Part shown: piece by piece, positions 1-27,379 of the stretch
Layout of the letters: each line of letters starts with the position of its first letter
Numbering within the stretch: the stretch's first letter is position 1
Assembly: GCA_016748015.1 (NCBI GenBank)
Contig: JAAOMT010000134.1
Span: 812,757 to 876,756 of the forward strand
DNA length: 64,000 nucleotides
Reading direction: 5' to 3'
Source of the DNA: Geosiphon pyriformis uo1
Lineage: Eukaryota; Fungi; Glomeromycota
Translations under genes and position numbers: made by a program
Notes under the pieces: generated by a model
Seen by the model: only the letters and a program-made list of their open reading frames with translations
Told to the model about the DNA's origin: nothing
Database searches by the model: none

Positions 1-1320
1 TTAACAAAAAAATAAATTTAAAACAATAAATCTTATTTTAAAAATTATATAAATAAAATTATTAAAAATTCAAAACAATTACTAAATTAATAAATATTTA
101 TTACAAGATTATAATGGTTTTAAAACTTTAAAACTTATAAAAAAATTTTTATAAAATTTTTATATACAATAATTAAAGATTTAACATATTAAAAAACTTA
201 TAAAACTTGATTTATTTAGTAAAATTAGTAATAAAACTTATTAATATTTTAATAACACAACTTTATTTAAAATAATTCCGATTTGAATTTTGAAAAAATA
301 ATTTAACAAGTTTAAAAATCATAATAATAATTAAAAACTTTATAATTTTATTATAAAAAAATTAAAATTAAATTGCAAACACATAAAAAATTAAACATAA
401 GATTAAAATATAATATAAAAAAAACAATAAAAAATAAAAGTATAAAATCATGAAATAAAACATATTAAAAAAATATAGCATATAATAAAAATACTAATAT
501 ATTATAAATTATTGTAAATAATAGCTAATATAAATAAAATTTATAGCAAATTATTTTAAAATTAGTATTAAATAAAAAATTTGTAAATATAGTATAAAAT
601 AAATTATATTTGTTTTAGCATTTTTTTAAAAAAAAATAATATAATTAAGCATAAATAAAAATTTAAAGCAAAATAATTTATTTTGTTTACAATAAAATTT
701 AAATTGATTTATTTTTATAAAATAAAAAATATGTTAATAATTTTAAAAAATTATTAAAACTTTAATATTAAATTAAATATGCAAGCTATTAAAAATATTG
801 ATTGTATAAACAAAACAAAAATATAAAATATGTTTTTTAAGTTTAGTTTTAATTGGCTTAAATAATTAATTATGTATAATTTGTTATATAATACACATTT
901 AATATATAAAAATAATTAATAATTAGATACTTGTTTGGTATAATAAAAAATAAAGTTTTAATTTAATATTAATAATATAAAATATGTTTAAACAAAATTT
1001 TCAATTTAATTTTTGTAAATTGGTTTTAAAAAAATAATTAAAAAATAAAAAAAATAAGAAAATTTTATACTAATTTTAATTATACATATATATCTGTTAT
1101 TTAAGAATTATTTAATATTTAATAAAAGCTGCAATTTAGTGAAATATTATTTTTATTAATCGTTAAACTTATTTTTCAGTTTAAAAACAAGTTACAGTTG
1201 TGTATTTATAAAAATGAAATTATTTGACCATGGTAGAAATAATAATAATAATAATAATAATTTACTTAGTAAAAATTCTCTTAATTAAATTTAACATTTA
1301 ATTTTTACCAATTCAAAAAT
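1..1320. other. Extremely AT-rich non-coding block, probably terminally eroded transposon DNA; includes (AAT)n at ~1237-1262
   Basis: Almost only A/T, no ORFs, abrupt switch to normal composition at ~1325. Confidence 0.7.
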
Positions 1321-1567
1321 TTTTATCCCAGCCTCGGAACAGCCCTGTGTCGAGCAAAGTACAAAAAAGGGAACAAAGTAGGACAATTTGTAAATAACAG
1401 ATAACTGATGATATTAAACTTATAAACTCACGTCTTGCAACTTGGTGGATATTGAAAATCCATAAGTGCTCTGCGAGTTTTCCAAAAATCGTGGCTTGTC
1501 AATCGAATCTGGCCAACTCGCCAAAAGTAATTTGGTATCAGCTTTTAAAAAGCAGTGATTTTTGAGA

Positions 1568-15983
<14,416 letters not shown>

Positions 15984-16199
15984 ATAAAACTCATTCATCT
16001 TGTGTAATATATTCATAAAAACTTGTTTTCCAAAGTCTAAATTATTATTTGTAATTTTTAAAATAGTAGTCTAATTCAGCGAAATAAATTTTGTAAAATG
16101 TCGTAGGCTTCTTAATGATACCAAACTTCCCTTTTATTTTTGGGCCGAAAGGAAAGCAATCAAACTTTTAAAATGCTAATAATCCAGCAGTTTCCAGTA

Positions 16200-18076
16200 T
16201 TAAAGCTTTGAAGTGGTATCTTTTTTCAGCTGCTCTACCCGGTCAAATATATTATCTTCAATATAAAAATCCCGGAAAAATTTTTTGTTTCCAGGTGTAA
16301 CGGCATAATGATCAAATTCAGTTTGACCATTTTCTCGCAATATCAACTCGTCTATCAAGAAATTACCCCTATATAAAATTCAAAATGTTAGCTAAAATGT
16401 TTCACAATAATGAGTTAGATAACCAAGCCTTCCCCATTCTTACGTGAATTCAACTGGTTTCGTGAGAATGAGATAAGCAGCATCAGCCATTATTTCAGGT
16501 TTTCTGGCATGAGAAACCGCAGTAATATCTTTGTTTCAAAAAGATGTGTTAGTCTCGGAATCCAAATAAAATAAATTGTCTACTAAATATAGCTTGCTAA
16601 TTAATTAATACCCCAAATGGGGAGGTTTGCTTATTTAGTCAGGTTATGAATTAATTATTGTCCAAGATTGGATAAGCAAAATAATATTCGGCCAATAAAG
16701 GAAATGAATTATGCTTGAAGCATAATTCATTTCCTTTATTGGCTTGATTTCCCTTAATCCAAGTAATAATCAAATATGTTACCTAGCATCTTCAACGCTG
16801 CTGTCTCAATTCCTGTCAAAGGCCATAACGCTATTAAAAATGAAATTGAAGTGTTAGTTGGGATTTATCAGTAAGTTTTTTACATAAAAAACTTACCGTT
16901 GGCAGCCACCTTCCCACGAAATTCTTCGGCCCATCCAAGTATACACATGGACATACCGTACCTAAATTAAGTTGATAAGTGGCATGTCTAAGGTTTATCG
17001 AGCTCACAAATGAATAATTACTTAGACATAGTATAAGCCACCTATAAACAAATTAATTTGGAATTTGTCAAAAATTGAGAAATTAATTACGAGAAAACCA
17101 TAAATTCAGAAAAGACACCGACATGGTTTGAAAACCACTTTGCTTGCATAGAAAGTGGTGGGCTCATGCTCAGGATGTGCGGATTTCTATTTTTTTTGGC
17201 ACTCTCAAGGAGGTGAGGGATGGCATACTTGGTAAGAGAGTACATGCAGATAATAAAGCTTAATGAGTATTTAGAAGTTAAAAATATGCCCTTTTTAAAA
17301 TGTAAAAACACACCTTAGTCACTAACCAAGTTCCACGTGAATTTATTTCATGCATGAGGTTGTATTTTTTAAGAGTAGTATCTTGCGTGTTTGTTAGGCT
17401 TATGGCGGAAGCTGTTAAAATAGAATTAAATTCGCCAATGAGAAATTGATAGAAATAATGACATGACAGTGTATAGTGGGACTTAACATTACCATTGTTA
17501 ACCACAATATCAATTCCTCCAAAATGATCCACAGTTTTTTGTATAGCAGACTGAACAGCCTTTTCATCTCTAATGTCACAAATGAGAGGGAGAGCTAAAT
17601 ATTTTCAATTATTTAAGCTCTGATTAAAAGCGGTTTTAATCAAAATAAAAAGAAACCATCTATTTCTAATATAGGCTCACCTTTACCCCCAGCGCGTTCT
17701 ATTTCTTCGGCAGCTGTGTAAATCGTTCCCGGGAGCTGAACAGACGAAAAAATTAAATTATCTTAAAGAGAAAAAATCAATGCTGGAAACATACTTTAGG
17801 ATTAAAAGTGGCGGTTTTAGCAGCAATAGTGATCAGTGCACCGTCGCGGGCCGCTGGAAAAATTAAGTTCATAAGCTCAGAATCGCTTAAATGGGTTATA
17901 AAAAGTCTTGTTCAAATTTTACCTCTCAATGCAATAGCGAGCCCTATTCCGCTATCCGATGAAAAGTAGCTGCGATTTGAGCTTACATAATAAAGATTTC
18001 AAAAGTTTTAAGATTTACAACTTAAAACTCACCGGGAAGCACCTGAGATAAAAAGTACTTTATCTTTTAAAGTCAT
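16200..18076 (-). CDS. HSDL2-like short-chain dehydrogenase/reductase with C-terminal peroxisomal targeting signal SKL (multi-exon)
   Basis: Spliced translation MTLKDKVLFISGASRGIGLAIA...KLPGTIYTAAEEIERAGG...GGIDIVVNNASAI...AYTMSKYGMS (YxxxK)...KPEIMADAAY...DTTSKL-stop. Confidence 0.9.
16691..16743. repeat. Perfect 26-bp inverted repeat with 1-nt spacer inside an intron of the SDR gene
   Basis: GCCAATAAAGGAAATGAATTATGCTT-G-AAGCATAATTCATTTCCTTTATTGGC; arms are exact reverse complements. Confidence 0.97.
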
Positions 18077-18293
18077 GATCCTTATGGTTGAAGAAATTAT
18101 GGAGTTTTAAGACTAGAAATTTGTTTCCCCCAGGTCCAATAAACATTGACTATTACATTTTTATCACATGTTTGATTGGGCTCCTCAAGACAAATTGTGA
18201 TGATAACTGATAAAGATATGGGTGGGTCGAACTTTCAATTGTCTTTTGCAATTTTCCGATAATTTCTTCTAACTTTCTTCTTTCTTTAAAACC

Positions 18294-19252
18294 ATGTCCG
18301 TTTTACAATCTGCCTCATCTGCTATCACACCTTTCTTCTCTGCAAATGCCCCGGAAGATTTTGTGGCCAGCTCAGGTTCAGGCTTATTAGCTGGAAATTC
18401 TTCCAAACCACTGTTAGTCAACGAATCTTGTCTCGAATTTCTAATTATGGAGATGGTTGATCTCATGTTTCGTTCAACACCTGATGCCGAGACAGATAAG
18501 GAAGCCGTTTTCTTTAAACTGGAAACATTGGGCTTTCACGTTGGTCAGAATTTGGTTGAAAGGTTTGTATAATAATTGAAAATATGATGGTTCTTCAAAA
18601 CCGTATTAACTTTTCTCTACCAAAAGGTTCACTCGGGATAGACAACGTTTTGGTGATACTTTAGATGTGGTGAAATTTGTGTGCAAAGACTTGTGGTCTA
18701 TAATTTTTAAAAAGCAAATCGACAATCTAAAGACAAATCATCGGGTTCGTGTAATCTTTTGTTTCACTTAATTCTAAACAAAAATCTAAAGTACGATTCT
18801 TCTCAAATTCAATTTTCAGGGTGTCTACGTTCTTCAGGATAACCATTTCCGATGGTTCCTGAGAATGTCGACAGAAGGCGGGGCAACCGAAGCTGCAAGA
18901 AAAGCTGCACCTGTAATAAATTCAATTTTTATAATATTTTTTCTTCAGATATTTTGATGATTTAATCTGTATCTCCTGAATTTCAAAAATAGTATTTATG
19001 GTTCCCATGTGGATTAATACGGGGTGCGTTGGCGAATCTTGGAGTTGTTAGTAAGTGTCTATTGGGCATTTGTATTTATTCGCTTCTTTGTTTTTTTATT
19101 AAAATTTAATGCTAATTAGGCATAGTAATTGCGGAGAGTGCGAGTTTACCCCAATGTAGGTACCATTGCTTATCATTAGTGGTATTTTTGTACAAATTTA
19201 ACCAAATTTAATTTTCCAAGGTACATTTCAAATCAAAATTGCAAAGGCATAA
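18294..19252 (+). CDS. TRS33: TRAPP complex subunit Trs33/TRAPPC6 (multi-exon)
   Basis: [14 protein letters not shown]...[16 protein letters not shown]...[12 protein letters not shown]...[18 protein letters not shown]...[14 protein letters not shown]...[10 protein letters not shown]-stop. Confidence 0.92.
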
Positions 19253-19821
19253 AATTTTACTTTGGACCTTTTTCATAAAATTTAAATGTGAATATATAGA
19301 GGTTGGCTTAACCTACCTCATGTTTTTTAACGATTCTGTTACTATACTGATTTCCACATCTTAGAACTTTTTTATATTATCTTAGTTTAGAATCTCTATA
19401 TATTAATATTTTCCCAGGGATCCTGCAGATATATTAACTTATCTAAACGACAAAATGAAGACAATGGCTCTATTACAGGAAACAATCGAGATCATTTTTG
19501 CGGGCGATATTCAAATTCTTTTGGCCGGACACACCCAAATAAATGAGTCGAGAAACATTTCAATATGATTTTATTGAAGAATTTGAAATCTTCGATTCAT
19601 GTTTTCCTACTATCATAGGTGTGAAAGCATTGAAACAAGGGATGAAGGATGATGCAAAATTAGGAAAGGAAGGGTGTTGCGCTACACATCCAGCGCAGAT
19701 AAAATGTCAAGGAGTCCTGGTTACAACTTGTAGACCAATTCAAATAGAGAAAAACCGAACAACGGCAAATTGACCCAAGAGTTGAAGCATCAGGCCCGTA
19801 TATATTCAAAGCAACGTTCTT

Positions 19822-20936
19822 TCAGGATTTTTTGGATTTCTGACTTGATTTGTTAAGCAGCGTTTTGTGGATATGCTACATTGATAATTTGGCAATTTTA
19901 TTAACTAATTAAAGCAACTGCAGAAAATATCACATTGAATCTGGAGAAATAACTCACCGGTAAAACACCACCACCAGCAATCGTTGCTCTAATTAACGTA
20001 TCCAATTCTTCATCACCACGGATGGCTAATTGTAGATGTCGTGGAGTAATTCGTTTAACCTTCAAGTCTTTCGAAGCATTGCCTGCCAACTCGAGGACCT
20101 CTGCTGTCAGATACTCTAAGATAGCGGCCGAGTAGACTGCAGCTTTGGCACCGACTCGTGCATTATTAAGCGTTCGCTTTTTGAGGTACCTGTGAATGCG
20201 GCCCACAGGAAACTAAGCCATGTTGATTGATATGGAAATATTGGTATCAATATCATGTAAGTAGATGGAATCAAAGATTGTGACCAACTAGATTTGAGAG
20301 GTTTCTCATTTAAAAATTAAGTAATTAAATCGCTATTAGAGCCCATCGAATAAACCTTTTTAGTCGACAACTCAGCGAATTATGATTACTTCAATTTAAT
20401 GAAATCCTTATTAAAGGTGTGCTTACCTGTAGACCAGCTCTTTGGGACCTGGAAATGGTAGGGACTTTCTCCTTTTCTTGACCTTTAGAACTTTCAGCTG
20501 TAACATTGTTTGTGGTATTAGCATTGTTTGCATTATTGGTATTATTTGTATTCTCCGTAGCAGTGGGGGCGACTGTTGGAGGTTTTACAGGAGGGGTATG
20601 GTTAACTGGGGTAACGTTAAAAGGTCTGGGTTCGGCCTATGGAAGGTTTGATTAGTGAAAAATAAGTTTGTGACTATTGATAAGTCATAAAGAGTAACCC
20701 CGCGTTTGGTGAAGTTAGACGCGACTGTTTAGACTAAACAAAAGAGTTAGGCGCGACCAAGAAATAAAACGCGTTGAACTACATTTGAAAAAGGTTGAGT
20801 TGGCTACTTGGCATTTTCCAAACCGTGTTTTAAAGGACGAAAAACGGCTTTCGAAGCTATCTTATACTGCTTCCCACGTGACAAATATTGAAAGAATACA
20901 AGGGCATTTTTCAGAGTGCTGGGTTTTACGTACCAT
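19822..20936 (-). CDS. H2A.Z: Histone variant H2A.Z with extended N-terminal tail; predicted exons 20934-20936 (ATG only), 20427-20636, 19958-20212, 19822-19875; ~173 aa
   Basis: [20 protein letters not shown]...[64 protein letters not shown]; all predicted introns GT-AG. The ATG-only first exon is inferred. Confidence 0.9.
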
Positions 20937-22179
20937 GTTTAGAAAATATGCTAACAAGTGTGCGCAAGAATAGCGGGAAGGAAAGCAAACCAATTTTTCG
21001 CGAAGTTTCTTTGCGTTAATGAAGTCGCAGTGCCGCGAAAGTCGGACGGCTGACGCCTTGAGAGATTGCAAGGGATATGGGACACCAGAAAAAAATTGAC
21101 AAAGCAGGAATGAGTGCTCAAGGTGTTTATCAATCGAATGTGATTGTTGCGTGAAGCTACCCCTTTTTTGGGTAACTGGACTGTGCAGGGAGATAATAAG
21201 CTGATAAATATGGTGATTGATCATCACTTGATCCGATCCGTTCAAAGAGTGCTATTAGAGACTGTTGGAACAGAAGTTCAGAACCTAGCGGTTTGAGTCC
21301 AAGGAGATTATCGACGTCGCATCACATTCTGGATTGAATGAGATTCTCGGATCCAAAGAAACTTCCTGCACCTTTTAGCGACGCTTTGAACTTTGAGCAA
21401 ACTTATTGAATGGATTTATCATTCCACTTGTGACTTAATGAAGAATAGGGCCATCGAAAATTTATCTTGAATCTCTATAATCGGCAGACAGTTTTTACAA
21501 ATAAAATTGGAATATGGAACGAACAGCCAGGAGAAAGGCTTTCTTTAAGTAAGAAGCTGCCTACCTCTAAAGTCGAGCGCAAAAGTATTTTTGATCGATG
21601 TTTTTTCGTTTCAAGAGGCATACATCAATGTAATAATAGAGAGAGAAGGAAATTTTAGCAGCTCTTAAAATATCCAATATCCTCCAAAAGCTTTTTGTTC
21701 GAACTTGGCAGCAAGGAAATTAATTTCCCATAATTCTCTAGATATACACATTACACTACATACTGCTTGCCAATCAGAGAAGGGGATAACTTCTTTATCC
21801 CTACTTTGTCAAATTCATGGTTTCACAAGATTCATCAATCTGATGAGATTCATGAGCTCCGCATGTAGTGTATATTGACCAGAATGTCTTAGTACCCAGT
21901 ATTTGTGACAATTGTTAAACACTTACAAAAAGGTCGGTGATTCTCACATTTGTCAGAAAAAATGTCAAGGAAAAAGCTCTTTTGGTAATTCAGATAACTT
22001 ACAAAGCAATGTATGAAAATTTTTATAAATTAGAGATTTCAATTTTTGGCTTATAAAGAAAGCTATAAAATATATGCGAGGACAAATGTAGATTTGGTTT
22101 TTGGTTCAAAAAATCCTTTTTCATATACCATTTCTCGTAGAAAATAGAAGGTTATTCAAAAATCATTTCAATTTCCAAA

Positions 22180-22302
22180 TCCAAAACTAAATATTTTATG
22201 AATTCTAAAGTAAAGTTTGAGCAATTATTATTTTATAAAACTTAGATTATAAATATAAATATAAATATTTCTTTGTTTTATATAATAAATAAAATTTTAT
22301 TG

Positions 22303-22335
<33 letters not shown>

Positions 22336-22540
22336 CTTAAAATATTATTTTAAATAAAATTAAAATAATATAAAATTTAATTAATTTTAAATATTTTATA
22401 TTACCACGTAAATCAAATAAATAAATAAAACATATTTTTGTGGTTTTTTTAAAATTATGTAATTTATAGATTTTATAATATGATTAATTAATGAAATATA
22501 ATAATGGTTTTTATTTTTTTAATATTTAAAAAATAAATGC
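22180..22540. other. AT-rich block with (TAA)n microsatellite at ~22305-22334
   Basis: Composition and visible triplet repeat. Confidence 0.65.
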
Positions 22541-23007
22541 CAATTTTGGATCGAATCTCTAAGTTTAGATATATACAAAAATCATCTAAAGTCGAAATGT
22601 AAAATAATTTTACCAAATTTGGCCTCCTATTCAATCAATCATCCCACCTCAATCATCCCACCTGTTCAAAAATCCTCCTAACTGTGTAACTGCATAACAA
22701 AACGCCTGACGCCAATCATCAACAAACAACTAGTCTCTAAGCCACAAGCGCATTTTATCGTAAAAAAAATGATATAAATGATTGATATTTTATTTTTTGA
22801 TTGAAAATTTTGATTACCATGTTTCGGCAACTTTCGACTTTCGGCAGTAACAATTTATACACTCCTTATAATTTCAAATATTTATATAACATTAGAAGTT
22901 GCTGAACTTATTTTAAACCGTTTCATTACTTTTTTAAAGTTTTATCGTTTTGATTCAATAGATTAATAATCAAATACTCTTGTTAACCGAACTAAATAGT
23001 GCTAAAG

Positions 23008-25438
23008 ATGCCCAGCATCCATTTTCCACTGCTTCGTAAATTCAGTGTACTCGTATTATTACTCTTTTTGGTTCCACCGCTCTTTGGTACCTCTTCCTCA
23101 AACCAGTTTGACCTGTCACGAATGTCTGAAAAAACGCCCGTGAAAAGTGTTGATCCAAATTATTGTGCGGTAAATTCATTTCATATGATTTTGGAGTCAT
23201 CAATTTATCACCTTTTGCTCTTAACCTTCCCCCTGTTGAGTATCAGAGTGTACCAAAAACAATTCGCTCGAAACTCGTTAATAACATTCTCAATATCTAC
23301 TTAGCCTTCTGGACAGATAAGTGATGCTTGTTGTGACTACGAGACAGTCGAGCAGATAAATAAAAACATTTATCCACGCTTGCATGAGCTAATAAAGACA
23401 GACTTTTTTAAATATTACAAGGTATGCACTTTGAATGTATTGGTTTTTTATTAAGCTTCTCAATTAAGCTTGGGTCGTTATTTATTCTCTAGCTCAATCT
23501 TTACAAAGAATGCCCTTTTTGGCAGGAAAATGGTCAATGCATAAATCGTGCATGCTCAGTAGAAACAACAGATAATGTTTGTGATCAATCACATCGTTGG
23601 CAAATTTTCTTGCGTGAACTTAAACCATTTATTTAAAATACAGACCGATGTACCTGATTTATTCAAAACTGATTTGGGTGCTTTACAAACTTCTTCATTC
23701 GGCACGGTAATTTTTTTTGTACTTTTAAGTTACTTTACACAACCCTCTTGTTTGATATTGAGCTTATTTCATAGCTTTTCCAGCCATTTAAAAGTTGTGA
23801 GTTCACAGATCAAGATTTTTGCGTTGTCGAGAATGAAGCTGATGTTGGTTAGTATATAATATCTTTGAAATAATAATATATGTGTTTCGAATATTTTAAA
23901 AACAAATTTTATTCGTTTTTAGACGGCGTCTTTGTTAATCTCCAAGATAATCCTGAACGCTTCACGGGTTACGCAGGTACGTCAGCCGGTCGCGTATGGA
24001 AATCTATCTATGAAGAAAATTGCTTCAATCTAGTCCACAAAATGGATCCTTCTCGAAATAAAATTCTTACTCCTGTATCAATGAGTAAGAATGCCTTATC
24101 TGGGTTATTGTCAAATTCTTTCGAAAAGAGTGAGCCCGTTGAAAACGACGATTTTTGTTTTGAGAAGCGCGTCTATTATCGCTTAATCTCAGGTGAATCA
24201 CGGAATTGCATCTTATTCGAATATAAAAAAATATGGTTATCTAGTAGCCAGTAATTAATCCCAATTCTATATCTTGAAATATTTTTATAGGGCTTCACTC
24301 CTCCATATCCATTCATATTTGTGATGAGTATCTAAACCAAACAACTGGCGAATGGGTGGGCATACAATTCAAAATGATTATCATTTTATAATAATTCAAT
24401 ATTAAATTATAATTTTGTATTATGGAAGGGACCAAATCTTGACTGTTTTATCTCCCGTGTCGGTTCTCATCCAGAACGGATTCAAAACGTTTATTTTAAT
24501 TTTGTCGTCCTATTACGTGCCATTTCAAAAATTTCCGAATATCTTAAGAATTACGCGTTCTGTACCGGTGGTGAAAAAGCCGAAGATTTGAAAGTGAAAA
24601 ACATGCTCAACGAGCTCATAAATACCGCAACCTCATGCCCTGGAACTTTTGATGAGAAATTAATGTTTACTTCCAAAGAATCGCCGGTAGCTGTAACATT
24701 ATTATTATTATTTGGATATTTGGATACCTACTTAACATCTTGTACTCATGAAAATATTAGCTTTTGAAAGAAGAATTCAAAGCCCGGTTCAGAAATGTAT
24801 CACGTATAATGGATTGTGTTGGCTGCGATAAATGCCGTTTATGGGGGAAATTGCAGATTTCTGGAATTGGTACTGCTTTGAAGATTTTATTTTCTTATGA
24901 TGATGAATATTTCAAGTAAGGTTTACTTTCGCAGTTATTAAACGAATTTGCAATCTGTTTTCAAATTTATTTTATAAATCTCAACGGTATTTAAATTTCA
25001 AGTCCAAAAGTAACACCGAATTTGTTGACGCGGACAGAGATCGTTGCGCTTTTTAATACATTTTATCGTTTCTCTGAAAGTGTTAAGGCGATTGAACGTT
25101 TCAGAGAATTGTATCGTGAAAGAGTCCTTAGTCTTCAATCATTACCCACCGTGGTTCAGAATAATGAAGCCCCAAAAAAGGTATGAAAATGAAATTCAAT
25201 AAAATAGGAAACAGAAAAATCTCTTAATTTATATTTTTTCCATTGATAGAAAACCAACAGTACAAATTCTACCTCACAACAGCCAAATAATATGGCAGAA
25301 AATCGATTTTTCCGATCTATTCTTTCATTTAAAGATACATTAATACCATGCGCCAAAAATCTATCGATTTTTATAATGCAGCAACTCGAATATTGGCATA
25401 TACCGATACCATATGGATTGAAGGTTGCTGGGGCATAA
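23008..25438 (+). CDS. ERO1: ER oxidoreductin 1 (multi-exon, N-terminal signal peptide)
   Basis: Hydrophobic N-terminus; [17 protein letters not shown]; [13 protein letters not shown]; [11 protein letters not shown]; [23 protein letters not shown] active-site motif. Confidence 0.93.
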
Positions 25439-25513
25439 CTAGTTCTAGACATTTATTTTACAAATATTTATTTGAACAATTTTGGGATAATGATCTCCTT
25501 CATTCAGATTGGG

Positions 25514-27264
25514 TTATTCCTCATCACTAGCTAGAGCCTTAATTTTTTTCTTTCCTTTACGTACTACGCGAAATTCTTCCTCCTCACTCAAATCGTTATC
25601 AGCGCTTTTAAATGATTTTATGTGATCATCATTGTAGTCTTCCTCTTTTGGCGTGGGGTCATCCTCCTCGATCACTTCGTCGTGATCATCGTCGAGGACC
25701 TCCCCAGGGTCTTCATCATCTTCGAGTTCATAATCTTCCTCAGTATCACTTTCAGACTTGTATTTTCCCTTTTTCTTGTTTATTGATTTTGCATTCCGAC
25801 GTCGTTTTTCACGACGTAATTCCATCTCCTCCACTTCTTCATCATTTGCAACGAAACCTGTGTCATCTTCATATGAATCATTGCGCTGCCCACGTCTTGA
25901 GGCCCTCAAATCTTCATCTGACCCCATATCTCTTTTATATCTATATCCCCCGCCAGACCTATTTGATTGAGCATAATCACGACGATTCGAAGTGCCAAAT
26001 CGACGTTTAACTCTTGTTGCTTTTTCTAACTGCACAAAATCTTTAGTTAAATTGCCAATCGAATGAAACTTGAATACTACTGCATTTTTACTAACCTTCT
26101 CCATTTCTCTCTTTAATAATTCGGGATCTTGATCTGTTTCGACCAATTTTGTTCGAACTTGCTTTATATGTCTGGACGCTATTGATTCTCTTACTTTTCG
26201 ATGAGTTTTCCCTGTTGTGCTAAATGGCCTGAAGGACATCTTGTCTGTCAGTTTTGACTGAATTTCCATTGAAGAATCTTCTTTAGTAATGTCATGGTTA
26301 CACATTAAATATTCGTGTCCATCGGCCACACTAGTAAAAGTGATATCGAATATTTCTTCCCCCAATAACAGAGAGACAGAGCCATCTGACCATCTGACGA
26401 AACAGCTATTCGACTGCTTCTTCTAAAAATAAAGAAAAATATCATCGACTGATTTTAATAAATAACGATTCAAGTATAAATGATAATTAATAGCTGACCA
26501 ATTCACCCGTCTTCTCATCTCTAACATATCGCCATCTCATGGTGTTCTCCGCGGAAACAACCTCACCACCAATTTCACTAATATCTTCCTTCTCGTCATA
26601 GGTATTTGGATCGAATCTTTTGGGATTCACACAAAGAAAATTTGGTAACTTAGCAAGATAAATCTGAAATGTATAGGGCAGCATAATATTAATTATAAGG
26701 CAGACTTGTTACGATCCGAAATACTAATTTCCCTGAGTATTATTTCAAATCCCTTACCTTACCATCATACCCATGGGGAGGACGATAAAAAGGAACCATG
26801 AATGGTTCAGGCTCCGGTTCAGGTTCAAGATCATCCATAGGCGTTAATGTTTCATATTCCTTAAATTCGTCGCCTGGATGCAAGGGCGAGGAGGGATAAG
26901 GTTCTTGGGATCTAAATTGAGATTTCGCAAGTTTTTTAAAGTCCTGGAAAATACCTTTGGCTTGGAGAAACCTTTCACTGTTAAATAAGGGCCTACCTCT
27001 CACTCTCCTCTCCTGGTACTCCATGATCATTTTCAACTGGGGAATCAACATCAGAGCCAAATAGGTCATCGAATTGGGAGGTTCTAGGTGTCCTTGAAAC
27101 TGAATTTTGCTGGAATTTGGTGAAAATGAGGTAGAGTAACAGATTCGGTTTACACTCGTCAGTGATCTACCTACCTTATCTTCTTCAGTTGGTGTCTCAT
27201 TTTCAGAACCAGAAAAATTGTCCATGGTATTAGAGCCAATCTGGTCATCATCAGAGCCATCCAT
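25514..27264 (-). CDS. LEO1: Paf1 complex subunit Leo1 (multi-exon)
   Basis: Acidic N-terminus; KLPNFLCVNPKRFDP, ENTMRWRY, SNSCFVRWSDGSVSLLLGEE, FRPFSTTGKTH; acidic C-terminus. Confidence 0.88.
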
Positions 27265-27379
27265 GGCGCGAAATAAAAATGTAAGGAGCAAAAATGGATT
27301 GTTGTTAAAAAAGCCCTATCCCATTATAACCTGGCTGAATAAATTCTAGCCACTAACAAATTCTCTTAATCACGATTAG

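Noticed and set aside
19543-19773. 76-aa ORF between TRS33 and H2A.Z
   Set aside because: Lies antisense to the probable H2A.Z 3' UTR and has no recognisable motif
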